A stretch of 64,000 nt of DNA from a virus. The stretch covers positions 1 through 64,000 of the IMG/VR virus record IMGVR_UViG_3300006802_000078; one strand, written 5' to 3'. The translations under genes were made by a program, and so were the position numbers. Below, in pieces: positions 39,385 through 48,913 of this stretch. The notes below the pieces were generated by a model. That model was not told where the DNA came from, made no database searches, and saw only the letters and a program-made list of their open reading frames with translations. The first letter of the stretch is position 1, and the number at the start of each line of letters is the position of its first letter.

Positions 39385-42300
39385 TCACCTCGTGTAGCAG
39401 AGATCGAACGAGTGATATGGCTCGGTGTACCAGCCGTGCTCGGTGCTCCAGCAGTAGCGCTTCGGCACCACCGCGCCGCCGCCGAAGCTGTCGGTGATGC
39501 CCCACTGGTAGGGGCCAGACTCCCAGCACAGGCGCCAGCAGCCCGAGGGCTCCCCCTCGGTCTGCTCGGGCGGGGAGACGAGCACCTCACCGGCCCAGTG
39601 CTCGCCGTGCTCGCGCGCCGCACGCTTGAAGAGGCAGGCTGCGCCCCGCACGATGGCGTCCTCCATCGAGACAGGGGCGCCGTCGGTGTCGACGGTCTTC
39701 GCCCAAGCCAGGGCAGTAGCTCCACGACGAACGGCAGCATCGCGCTTGGCCTCATTGCTGAGGGAGCGGCAGCGCAGGGAGTCGTCGAAGTAGCCCCGCA
39801 GAAAGTCAAGATCGGCCATGGTCAACACCCCATGCGGCGCTCGGCCGCAACCTCGGCGGCGTAGGCCGCACTGTCGTTGTCGTAGTTTCTGACCCACTTC
39901 AGCAGCACGCGCTGCTTGGCGTCGAGGTAGCGTTCGGCCACGCCGGGCACGACCCGGTCGCCCCTGCAGGTAGGGCAGGTGACGTCGTAGTCGCCTCGAC
40001 GGTAGCGCGACTCGCCCGTCTCCTCGTCGATGTCGTCGCGCCAGAACTCGTCGTCGCCCCAGATGCCGCCGGCGTCGATGCTCGGGTTCGTCACCTTGCC
40101 CCCGCCGCCGCACATGTGGCAGACCTCGTAGGCTGCGGGCAGCTCGACGATGAAGCTGGTGCCCTCGGCAGCATGCCACTCCTGGTAGGTCACGTCGTGG
40201 GCAGGGACGGTGACGTAGCCGTGGCGGTGGTATCGCTCCTTGTCGAGGATGGCCTGCAGCTCCTCCTCGGCCACACCCTGCTTACGTAGTCGCTCGACCT
40301 GGTAGTCATAGGCGAAGACCTGCTTCGCTTCGACGTGGTGCACGTGCTCGGTCCAGGTGCCCTCGAACAGCTCGGAGAGCAGGTCTTCGTCCTCGACCTC
40401 GCTCAAGTCGCAGACGAGGGTGCGCCGCTGCGCATCGAACCTGGCGTGCCGCGCCAGCCAGCCGGGGCCGGCGAGGGCGGCGAGCACACGGCGGTCCCCC
40501 CAGTAGTTGTACTCTTCCATGCTACGAGGCATCATCCACCTCCGAGGAGGCGCCGGGCCTCCTGCTCGTTGAGCATGCTGCGCACGACGCGTCGTCGGTT
40601 CTGGTACTTCTCGCCGGTGTGCTCGTAGCACACGCCGAGACCGTTCATGTGGGGCTTGCCGAGCTGGTGCCCCGTGATCTCCCACTCGACCCAGCGGGTG
40701 CCGGGCGCAGGCGGAGTCAGCCGCTTGCCCGAGAGGCTGTCCTCGATCCAGCAGAGCAGCCGACCCTGGTACTCGGGCACATTCTCGTGCTCGTGCTGCC
40801 ACGTGCGGTGCACGGTGCCTCCGGGGAACATCACCGTGGTCTGAACACACCAGTCGCTCATCGCGTACCTCCTGCACAGATGTGGGGCCAGCGCACGGCG
40901 GAAGCGTCGCCGCCGAGCCACTCGGACTGGGGATGGAACATGTGTCGAGTGTCAGACATCGGCGCTCTCCTTCAGTTGCGAACCACGATCCAGGGCCGCT
41001 TGCCCGTGACATCGCGCGGCCCGTCGATGTAGGCAGTGCCACTGTTGCTGTAGATGCAGACGTAGACCCGCCTCCAGCGATTGCTCCACAGCACCTTGCT
41101 GCCATGCGTGAGCCGACTGCCGTAGCCGCTGGCCGTCTGCTGCAGGCCCTTCTCCTGCCAGGGCAAGAGCTCGACACGCGCCGGCACGTAGCCAGCCTTG
41201 CCGACGTCGAGCATGTAGGGGGCGCCCTCTCCGCTGAAGCGCAGGGCCCAGCAGGCCTCGGCTCGGGTGGGCCACTCGCCGACGAGCAGGTGGGTCGGGG
41301 CCTCGACCCACTCACGATCCTGCATGAGCCAGACACACGGGCCATCCTCGCCGCGACCCTTCCAGACACGCCAGACATCATCGACATGCTCGACGTGGTA
41401 GTGCCACTTCTCGCCGTCCTGCCAGTGAAGCTCCTCAGTCATGGGTCACCTCGCGCATGTGGAGGATGCAGGCCACGAGGGCCTCGGTGGGATCGGTGAC
41501 GTTGGCGAGGGCGGGGACGTGTCGAATCCCCAGGTGGCCCTCGAAGGCGTAGAAGTAGGAGACGCCGCTCGCATGCCGGAGCGCCCACACTCCCGGCGCC
41601 ACGCTGGACCACAGCGCCGTCCACGAGTCCTCCTCCGAGGCCCCGCAGAGCCGGGCGAGGTGGGCGCGGGCGTGGAAGACCCCAGTGGGGTCGGAGAGGT
41701 CGACGTCGGGCCAACGCCCATCGAGGTACGGGTGCGAGATGATGCCGTTCTTTACGCCGATGAAGGCAAGCCGGAGGCCGGCAGAGCTCAGCGGGTAGCT
41801 GCCCCCGAGGATGACGTCGCGGCCATCCGGGAGGGTGGAGGGACACCCGCGCCGGGCGAGGTCCGGCACCATGGGCAGGCGAAGATCAGACATTATTGCT
41901 CTCCTTCGGGTAGGGCATCTCGACGAGGCCGAGCTCGTCGCAGATGTCGGCCGCCACTTCGGCGAGGTGGCCGCCGCCGGTGCCGTCGACCCACATCGAC
42001 AGCTCGATGCGGAGGCGCAGTGCGAAGGCGTCGGGGGCGAGCCCCGTCACGGGCCAGCCATTGGCGGCGCGAAGGGCGCCGGCGTCGTGCCAGCGACCAT
42101 CCCAGATGCCGACGCCGCAGCCGGCGAGGGTAGCGACGACGTCGGAGATCCATGCCGGGCCGACGGTGTCGCGCAGGTGCCAGACGTCGATGCCGCTCGA
42201 CGCCAGGACGAAGCGGACGCGCATGGCGAACAGGTCGAGCGCACCGCTGAAGCGGAGCAGCTCGTCTCGGCAGCCGCTCAGGTCATGCTCGGCAGCATCA

Positions 42301-43171
42301 GAGCAGAGCAGGCCGAGGCACCACTCGGCGAGATCGAGAGGATCGTCGGGGTCGAAGACGCGCCCGGAGCGCTGGCATGGTGGGGTCATGGCGAAGCCTC
42401 CTCACGAAGTCGGCCCAAGTAGCGAGCCTGGGTCTGGTGCATCGCGACAGCCTCTGCTTTCGCCTGCTCCAGCGGCAGCGCCCGCTCGCCTCGGATGATC
42501 TGCCCGCGGACCTTGACCCAGGGCAGCCACAGGCCGGTGCCCTTGATGAGAAGCACCTCGACGGAATCCTCGGGCGGGAATCCGTAGGCACGAAGCGCGA
42601 CGCCACCAGCATCGCTGCACTGTTCCCATTCTCGCATGATGTCACCTCATCGAATGAAGTCGGCCCAGCAGGCCACGTAGAAGCGCCCGGTGTGCTCGGA
42701 GTAGCACAGCGTGGCGGCGTAGCTGTCGCCGGTGTTGCAGTAGAGGATGCCCCCGTCCTGACCCGAGCTGCCGCCCCAGCATGCCTCCTCCGGCATGTAG
42801 GTGCGGCGGAGCTGCGGGCCGGAACCGTCCGAAGCGAAGGGCTGGAGGTACTCGACCCCGTGCGTGTCGAGGATGGCGTCAGCCACGGCCATGAGCGCGG
42901 TGATGTAGCTCGGGAAGCCGTGGCTGCGGCGGATGTGGTGCGCGCCAGCGGGGAACACGGCGGGGTTGAGCTCGTACTTGATCAGGCCGCGCACGACCCT
43001 GGCGTCGGCGTCGCTGAGCCAGGGCAGACCTCGCCGCAGGGTGCGCAGGCTCGGAGCTTGGTCTGGGTAGCTCGCCAGACGCTTGCGTCGCGACTCGTAG
43101 CGAGACCAGTAGGGGGACTCGTAGTCCGGGTGGTCCAGCGGGGTAGCCGCAGGCGAAGTCTCAACAGGCAA
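39385..43171 (-). other. Run of hypothetical genes (39385-39819, 39822-40535 with CxxCxGxG zinc fingers, 40532-40861, 40972-41442, 41435-41893, 41886-42389, 42386-42637, 42647-43171)
   Basis: Coupled ORFs with SD sequences; recurrent phage motifs TASGYG, YSNSGT, HGVEYL, YCNTGDSY. Confidence 0.75.
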
Positions 43172-43174
43172 GGG

Positions 43175-43585
43175 TCACCTCTCCCAGCGAGCGCGCATGG
43201 CCGCGATCTTCTCGACGGGCACACCGTGCACGCAGCGCGCGGCCAGCTCCTCGTCGGACAGGCCGGCATCGAACAGGTCGATGGTCCGCACATTCGCGCC
43301 GAAGCAACGGGCCATCTCCCGGTAGAGGAGCATCTCCCACTGCTGGCTGAAGGTGTTGGCCACGGCCACGTTGAAGCCGAGAGCCAGCGCGTGCAGACAT
43401 GCAGCTTGGCAGCGGGCGTGCGCCTCACCAAGCCGGGCGGGATCGAACGCGTAGTTGCCGCGCTCGTCGACCATGTAGTCGTCGGCCGACAGCGCGACAC
43501 TCACGGCGCCGGTGGCCTCGAGCTCGTCCGCGAAGGTGGACTTGCCCGCACCGGGCAGGCCTCGGATCTCGAACAGGGTAGGCAT
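43175..43585 (-). CDS. P-loop kinase (AAA_33, polynucleotide-kinase-like)
   Basis: IRGLPGAGKST, SADDY, AH..CQ, VANTF, HGVP...I..M..RWE. Confidence 0.9.
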   Translation of the reverse strand: MPTLFEIRGLPGAGKSTFADELEATGAVSVALSADDYMVDERGNYAFDPARLGEAHARCQAACLHALALGFNVAVANTFSQQWEMLLYREMARCFGANVRTIDLFDAGLSDEELAARCVHGVPVEKIAAMRARWER

Positions 43586-43832
43586 CGTACTCCTTTAGTT
43601 CTGTCGTTACGTACTCGTCCCATCCGCCGCCGGGGTATCCCCGTGGGCGAACGTTCACGTTGAACCCGTGACGAGCAGCCAGCCGCCGTACGGTGCGGCA
43701 GGCCGAGTGCCCGTCCTGGTAGCCGCAGACGCGAGCGACCACGAGCCAGCTCCACCCTGCGTTGTAGAGGGCAGCTCCGTCTCGTGCGTCCTCGATGGCC
43801 TCCGCTGTCGTTACGCCTGGACGGCGGCCCAT
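43425..43832 (-). CDS. HTH-like protein (3' end overlaps the kinase gene)
   Basis: LYNAGWSWLVVARVCGY..GHSACRTVRR. Confidence 0.55.
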   Translation of the reverse strand: MGRRPGVTTAEAIEDARDGAALYNAGWSWLVVARVCGYQDGHSACRTVRRLAARHGFNVNVRPRGYPGGGWDEYVTTELKEYDAYPVRDPRPARCGQVHLRGRARGHRRRECRAVGRRLHGRRARQLRVRSRPAW

Positions 43833-44620
43833 TCAGCACACGTCCTCGAACAGACGGCACATGCCCCAGCTCCCCCCGGAGCGGAGGCCGACCTCGTAGC
43901 CGCTGCGGGTTCGCAGGGGGCCAAGCAGCCACGAGGCCGGAGCCGTGCGCTGCTCGCAGGTGACGGGTGCCCGCGTCAGGTCATCGACGAGAGCGAGAGC
44001 GAGGAGAGCGACGAGCACGGGCATGGCGAGGTACCTCCTGACTTCCAGGCTACCATCGCGCGGGCCACACGGTGGCGGTGACGACGGTGAGGGTGAATAC
44101 CACCATCGCGCCGATGGCCCAGGCGGTGGGGCCGTAGCCCCACAGCATGAGCAGGGCAGCGTCAATCCCGCGGGCGATGCGCATGGGCATCACCACGTAT
44201 GCTGCGGCGGCGGCACCGAGGAGGGCGAAGAGGATGAGGCGCATGGGAAAACCTACGGGAAGGTGGTGGTGACGAAGAAGAGGAGGCCGCCGAGTGCGGT
44301 TCCGATGGGCAGGGCCAGCCCCAGGCTGAGCGCCGCCTCGATGAGGATGAGGCGCAGCATCACCGCATCTCGGCGGCGTCGCGCAGCAGGTCGAGGCGCA
44401 GGGCCTCGGCCTCGTGGGCGCTGCGACGGAAGCCATCCGCCCGCTCGGGACAGCGCTCGGCGGCCTGGCGCAGCCCGGCGGCGAGCTTCTGCTGCTCGAA
44501 GGCCCGCTGCTGCAGGCGCTTCCGGCGCTGGGTACGCGCGCGGGCGGCCGCGCCGTCGGTGGCGAGGAACCCTGCGCTCTTCAGCGCGTCGTACATCTGG
44601 TTCATTTGCATCTCCCGCAT
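43833..44620 (-). other. Three small membrane proteins (43833-44024, 44050-44244, 44253-44360) and a helical protein (44360-44620)
   Basis: Hydrophobic segments; consecutive ORFs. Confidence 0.55.
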
Positions 44621-44778
44621 CTCTCGTGGTCAGTCGGCAGTCCACTTGGACCAACGTGTGTTGGTTGCAGGCCCACGCCATTGCCCCACGCGCGGCGTCA
44701 TTGCCGCACGCTCGGCTTCGCACCTGCATTACCCGTGGCTTTAGCCTCAGTTGCCTGCGGTCGAGTTATGGCATCAAG

Positions 44779-45004
44779 TGGTGGAGGCGAGCGGCTTCGA
44801 ACCGCCCGTCGAGTATCGCAACCTCGGATCTGGGGGGCCACGGCTGGGCTCAGGCGCTGGCGCGCTCAGCTCACGGTGTGCATGTGCACCTGCACACCGG
44901 CCAGACGCGCCGTGCCCCGCCCCGGGGCGTATGGGGTAGCCGCAGCAGGCGACCCCCAACAACGAGGATGCACTCGGCGCCGGCGCCACCTGCCGGCCGC
45001 CCCC
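44779..45004 (-). ncRNA. Short tmRNA-like / tRNA-Ala-like RNA (226 nt)
   Basis: 5' GGGGGCG pairs with 3' CGCCUCC-A-CCA including G3.U70; T-arm GGCGG-UUCGAAG-CCGCU; long-range helix 44963-44976 with 44810-44826; begins 6 nt after the upstream stop codon. Confidence 0.75.
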
Positions 45005-45010
45005 GTATGG

Positions 45011-45537
45011 TCACTCGTCGTGGAAGGTCTTCGCCTCGGCGACTGCTGCTTCGAGGCTGTCGAAGATCATGACCTCCCCCGCGTCGCCCACGATGGGGCG
45101 CCACGAGGTGAAGCCGCTCATGGCGATGAGCCGCCACTGCCCATGGGCGATGCGCTCGGCGCGCAGCTCCCCGAGCCCGGGGTAGACGTAGCCGGTGGGC
45201 TCACCGGGAACTTGGCCGCAGGGGCGACCGGGGACACGACGTGTGGTCATGGCTTCTCCAGGAGGTGGATGAGGGTCAGGTCGCCGAGCATCTCGGCGAG
45301 GATGTGGGCTTCGAACACGGCCAGGGTCTGGCCTTCGCCGAGCAGGCACGGGTCTTCGATGTTGCCGTGCGCCCCCGCGTAGAGATGCGTGCAGCCGTCG
45401 TCGTCGACCTCCCACCAGGAGGAGGCCTCGTCGATGCCGTCGGGGTCAGGCCGAGCCAGCCGCGCGAAAGCGGCTTCGGCGATGGCGAGGTACCCCTCGG
45501 GCCCCTCTGCGAATGGGATCATGCCAGGATACCACAT
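45011..45537 (-). other. Two small hypothetical genes (45011-45250, 45247-45537)
   Basis: ATGA-coupled ORFs with SD sequences. Confidence 0.65.
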
Positions 45538-45540
45538 GGC

Positions 45541-46356
45541 TCAGCCCTCGTTGTCCCACGCCACGCACTGGCTGTGCCAGCGCAGCTCCCGCTCGGAGAA
45601 GCGCCGAGGGCCAGACAGCGGGTCGCCGCTGCGCCCGTCGCTGATGTAGGCGGCGAGGTCGCCGGGGTCACGCCAGCTGACCGGGCCCTCGGCCTCGCGC
45701 CGAAGCTGCCGGGCCTCACGCCGGCGCGCCCCGCGCATCGTCTCGGCGTCGTCAGCAGCCTGCTCCCGCACCAGGCGGGCCAGCTCGTGTTCCCCCCGCG
45801 AGGCGCACGCGGCCTCGATGCGGGGCACGGCGGCCCGGAGCTGGACGAGCGCGGGCTCGACTCGCAGCTCGGAGCGGTCCCGGTTCATGCCGACAGCGAC
45901 GCACGCCACCGGCTCGACAGCGCGTGGCCCCGCGGGCACCGTCACCGGGCCGTAGCCCAGGCGCACGCGCTCCTCCGCACGGGCGCGGACAGCTGCGGCA
46001 CCGAGGGCCAGGCTCAGGGAGCCGAAGCCGGGGGCGGCGCCGATCACATCGAAAGGCCGCGTCGGGTACTGCGCGTCCTCCCATTCATCCCAGCGGCACT
46101 CCTCACGCAGCTCGGCCCACGTCAGGTTGACCTCGTCGAGCTGCGCCGGCGGGACCTCCCGGGGCCAGCGCGAGCGGCGCTTGCTGCGCCGGCCAGTGCC
46201 GGGCACAGGAGCACCGCGGGTAGGCTCGCAGTAGCTGGGCTCCGGCGCGGGCTCCGGGGTGGGCTCGGGGGCGGGCTCCTCGGCGCAGCGCCGCAGGAAG
46301 ATGAAGCGGAGCGCAACGCGTGCGCGCAGAGACAGACCGGGCTCGAAGTACATCAT
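45541..46356 (-). CDS. Hypothetical protein (PEP-repeat linker)
   Basis: 271 aa; SD AGGAG; first gene of the left arm. Confidence 0.6.
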   Translation of the reverse strand: MMYFEPGLSLRARVALRFIFLRRCAEEPAPEPTPEPAPEPSYCEPTRGAPVPGTGRRSKRRSRWPREVPPAQLDEVNLTWAELREECRWDEWEDAQYPTRPFDVIGAAPGFGSLSLALGAAAVRARAEERVRLGYGPVTVPAGPRAVEPVACVAVGMNRDRSELRVEPALVQLRAAVPRIEAACASRGEHELARLVREQAADDAETMRGARRREARQLRREAEGPVSWRDPGDLAAYISDGRSGDPLSGPRRFSERELRWHSQCVAWDNEG

Positions 46357-46359
46357 CGG

Positions 46360-46693
46360 CTCCTGTTGTCGGCTCGCTGGGGCCGACGTGTGACCATCGC
46401 GCAGGGGCAGCGGACCATCCCGCTTCCCGCGCTCCCAGGCCACCCACCTGCGTTGCCAGTCGCAGGTGAGCGCTTCGGCACACGAGACATGCTGGCTGGC
46501 CTCGTGCTGCGCTCGTGCCTTGCAGTCACATGACTGCACCTCTCGGGGGAGGGGAAGCATTCTCGGAGACCTTGGCACCCCTGCGACAGCAGGCAGGCGG
46601 CAGCGCGTCCGCTCCCCCGATGGGCGGGCGGGCCCCCAAAGCCGGGTGTTCTTGGCGCGTGGCCGGCGTCACGCGGGAAGGTCAATCACACAT
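46360..46693 (-). ncRNA. Structured ~330-nt leader of the left-arm operon
   Basis: Closing helix 46684-46693/46386-46395 plus at least five hairpins; wobble pairs are G.U on the minus strand. Confidence 0.5.
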
Positions 46694-46749
46694 GGCGCAC
46701 CTCTTGGTGGTGGGGGTGTTCGCGTACGGTCGTGCACTGCTGCGGGCAC

Positions 46750-47195
46750 CTGGTACAGTGTTTCACGTGTTTCATTTTCGCGTGAGACACTGTAAGTGCT
46801 TGGAATCCTGTTCGCGGATCCGTTGTTTTATACCGAGTGCACACCAATGGAGGATTTTTGTGGCGAGCGGAAAAAAGAGGGGACCTCCTCGGGGGGTTTG
46901 TTCGCTTACGGCTCGCCGGATGGCTCCGAAGTGCAACCAGTATTTAGAAGTATAACTAAGTATAGTTATAAGATTACTGATTGCTGCTGCTGCGGCGGTT
47001 GGCGCGGCCCTTCGTGGGCCGCGCTGCCGTGGTTGTAGCCCCCGGCGGGGTAAGCCGAAGCCGAGAGGGGGAGGTGGCGCAACACTGGGGCAGGGCTGCG
47101 CCGTAAGTAGCTGAATATGCGGGGGGTAAGGCAATATGCAATATAGTGCATATACGCTTACCGTGATGCACATTGTATGCGCGGGAGTAAGCGTT
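46750..47195. other. AT-rich non-coding patch with palindromes; candidate replication origin
   Basis: IR 46754-46794; TATAACTA-agta-TAGTTATA at 46951-46970; AGTAT at 10-bp period; IR 47154-47194. Confidence 0.5.
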
Positions 47196-47748
47196 ACCGG
47201 GACAGCTTGTGGCGGATCTCGCTGTAGTCCTGCCACGCGGCCTCACTACGGCCCGCCGCCAGAGCAGACCCCCAAGGTGACACACGCATGCGGACCTGGG
47301 GATCGACAGTCGCCCCCTCCCACGAAGACACGCGCGCTGGCGTCGTCGTAGAGGTTGCGCCGCTGCGGACTACGATGCGCTTCCGCTCGCACATGGTACG
47401 CAGAGCCGCATCCATGAGCGTACCGACGTGCCCCTGCGGTAGCGCGATAGTCAGGGTCACTACGTCATCCCCCTTCGGCATGGCGCGGGCAACCCCCGCC
47501 CACGAGCGAAGCTCGCCCGCCGCCTCCCCTGCCAGGCGCGCGCGCTCCGCCCATGCCTCGTTGTCCTGCACGTCCTGCGCCGCCCGCGCCAAGTGCGGCG
47601 CGCGGTCCTTCCTCGCATGCGCCAAGCGCAGAGCGGCCCCTTCGGGATCCCTGACTTGGGCCCTACACTCCGCCGCCCCCTGCGCGAGCAGGTCACACGC
47701 AGAGAGCAGCACGGCGCGAAGCTGCGCCGGCGTCGCTTCGATTACCAT
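47194..47748 (-). CDS. Hypothetical protein
   Basis: 184 aa; SD AGGAGG. Confidence 0.65.
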   Translation of the reverse strand: MVIEATPAQLRAVLLSACDLLAQGAAECRAQVRDPEGAALRLAHARKDRAPHLARAAQDVQDNEAWAERARLAGEAAGELRSWAGVARAMPKGDDVVTLTIALPQGHVGTLMDAALRTMCERKRIVVRSGATSTTTPARVSSWEGATVDPQVRMRVSPWGSALAAGRSEAAWQDYSEIRHKLSR

Positions 47749-47789
47749 TACGCACCCCTCCTGGTTGCACTTTCGCTCTATCTGTTGAC

Positions 47790-48910
47790 CCTACGCGCGG
47801 GCACACCCCTTCGATGGGCTGGCGCGTAGTCGGAGCCGAAAGCAAAGACATAAGCATAGGGCCAGGGCAGCTTAGCTGCCCTGGCCCATTCGGGTTTGGC
47901 GAGCCCAGCAACGGCGCGAGGGCGCCGATACCAGCTTGACCGTGGGTTATCCCCGCGGCCCCTGTCATCGCCCGCTAGGGCTCTGGTTCGAAGCTGCAAT
48001 ATCGACCAATGGGCTCCCCGTATCGTTTCCGGATCATGGCCCATTGTTCCCTCGTGGGTGCGCCGTTGCGGGGCCCACCTACACTGTCGGCTTCGGGATA
48101 GCCGACGATAGCGACCGATCGCCGTTGTCAATGGCGACGCGCTATCTGTTTATGTGTGTGAATACCGTTCAAACGACCGCCGCCGGTATCCTACCCGGTA
48201 CGCTACGCCGTTTCGTCGCTTCACCCTACTGTATGTGAGGCGGTATTGGCGTCTATCCGTCGAGACGCGCTACCCACCGCCGATCCTTTGCTACCCGCGC
48301 CACGATCCCGCTTCCTGCCCTCTGGTTCCTTTCACCGGGAGCGCCGGGGCCGCGGGCTACTGCCACCATGGGGGCCGCCTACGCTTGTGAAGGGGGCGCC
48401 CATGGCGCGGGGTAGCTGCTACCGCCGTCGCTGAGGGAGGGGGGGTCGTGGGGGGTGTCAAAGGGCGCAAGCCGACTACCTGTCGCCGACCCTCGGGGGC
48501 TACCTCCGGGGCGACGGATCCCGCTATCGAGCGGCCGAGTGGACCCTTGGGTGATGCCATAGGGCGCGCACGTCGAGACCCGGATCCCCACTGGTGTCCC
48601 GGGCGACAGCTACAGAGGACGGAGGGAGGGCTTACCGGGTAGTCGCGCACGGGGCGGAAAGTGACGCGTCGTCGCTTGCCGTGGCGTTACTGCCTTCCTC
48701 CTCCCGTGCGCCGACATAGGGGCCGAAGCCCTTGCTGCGGGTGGGGGGCGGATCAGATCACCAGACAGGGGACACCGTCCGCTATGCCGCGGAGGAGGCG
48801 CCTGTCTGTACGGGTAGGGGCTGAAAAAGACCGAAGGGGGCCGAGCGGGGGTTAGCCGTCCGCCCTCTGAGGAGGACCAGGGAGTCCCCTGGTCCTGCAC
48901 AGAGGGCAGC
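47790..48910. ncRNA. Candidate large structured RNA or ssDNA element (~1.1 kb, about 20 helices)
   Basis: No credible ORF; nearly contiguous 6-13 bp inverted repeats and nested long-range stems. Confidence 0.6.
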
Positions 48911-48913
48911 GGG

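Noticed and set aside
44779-44860. Standard 76-nt tRNA
   Set aside because: No 5' acceptor strand at the expected distance; the complementary strand is 226 nt from the CCA end
433-46533. Many long plus-strand ORFs (e.g. 2972-5140, 12831-14459, 26796-28196)
   Set aside because: Antisense shadows of motif-bearing minus-strand genes in high-GC DNA; no SD sequences or motifs
46951-46970. loxP/dif-type recombination site
   Set aside because: Only one arm resembles loxP, the spacer geometry is wrong, and no tyrosine recombinase is seen in the window
47790-48910. Group I/II intron or IS element
   Set aside because: No interrupted gene, no recognisable GUGCG/domain V or P7 core by eye, and no transposase, RT or homing ORF inside
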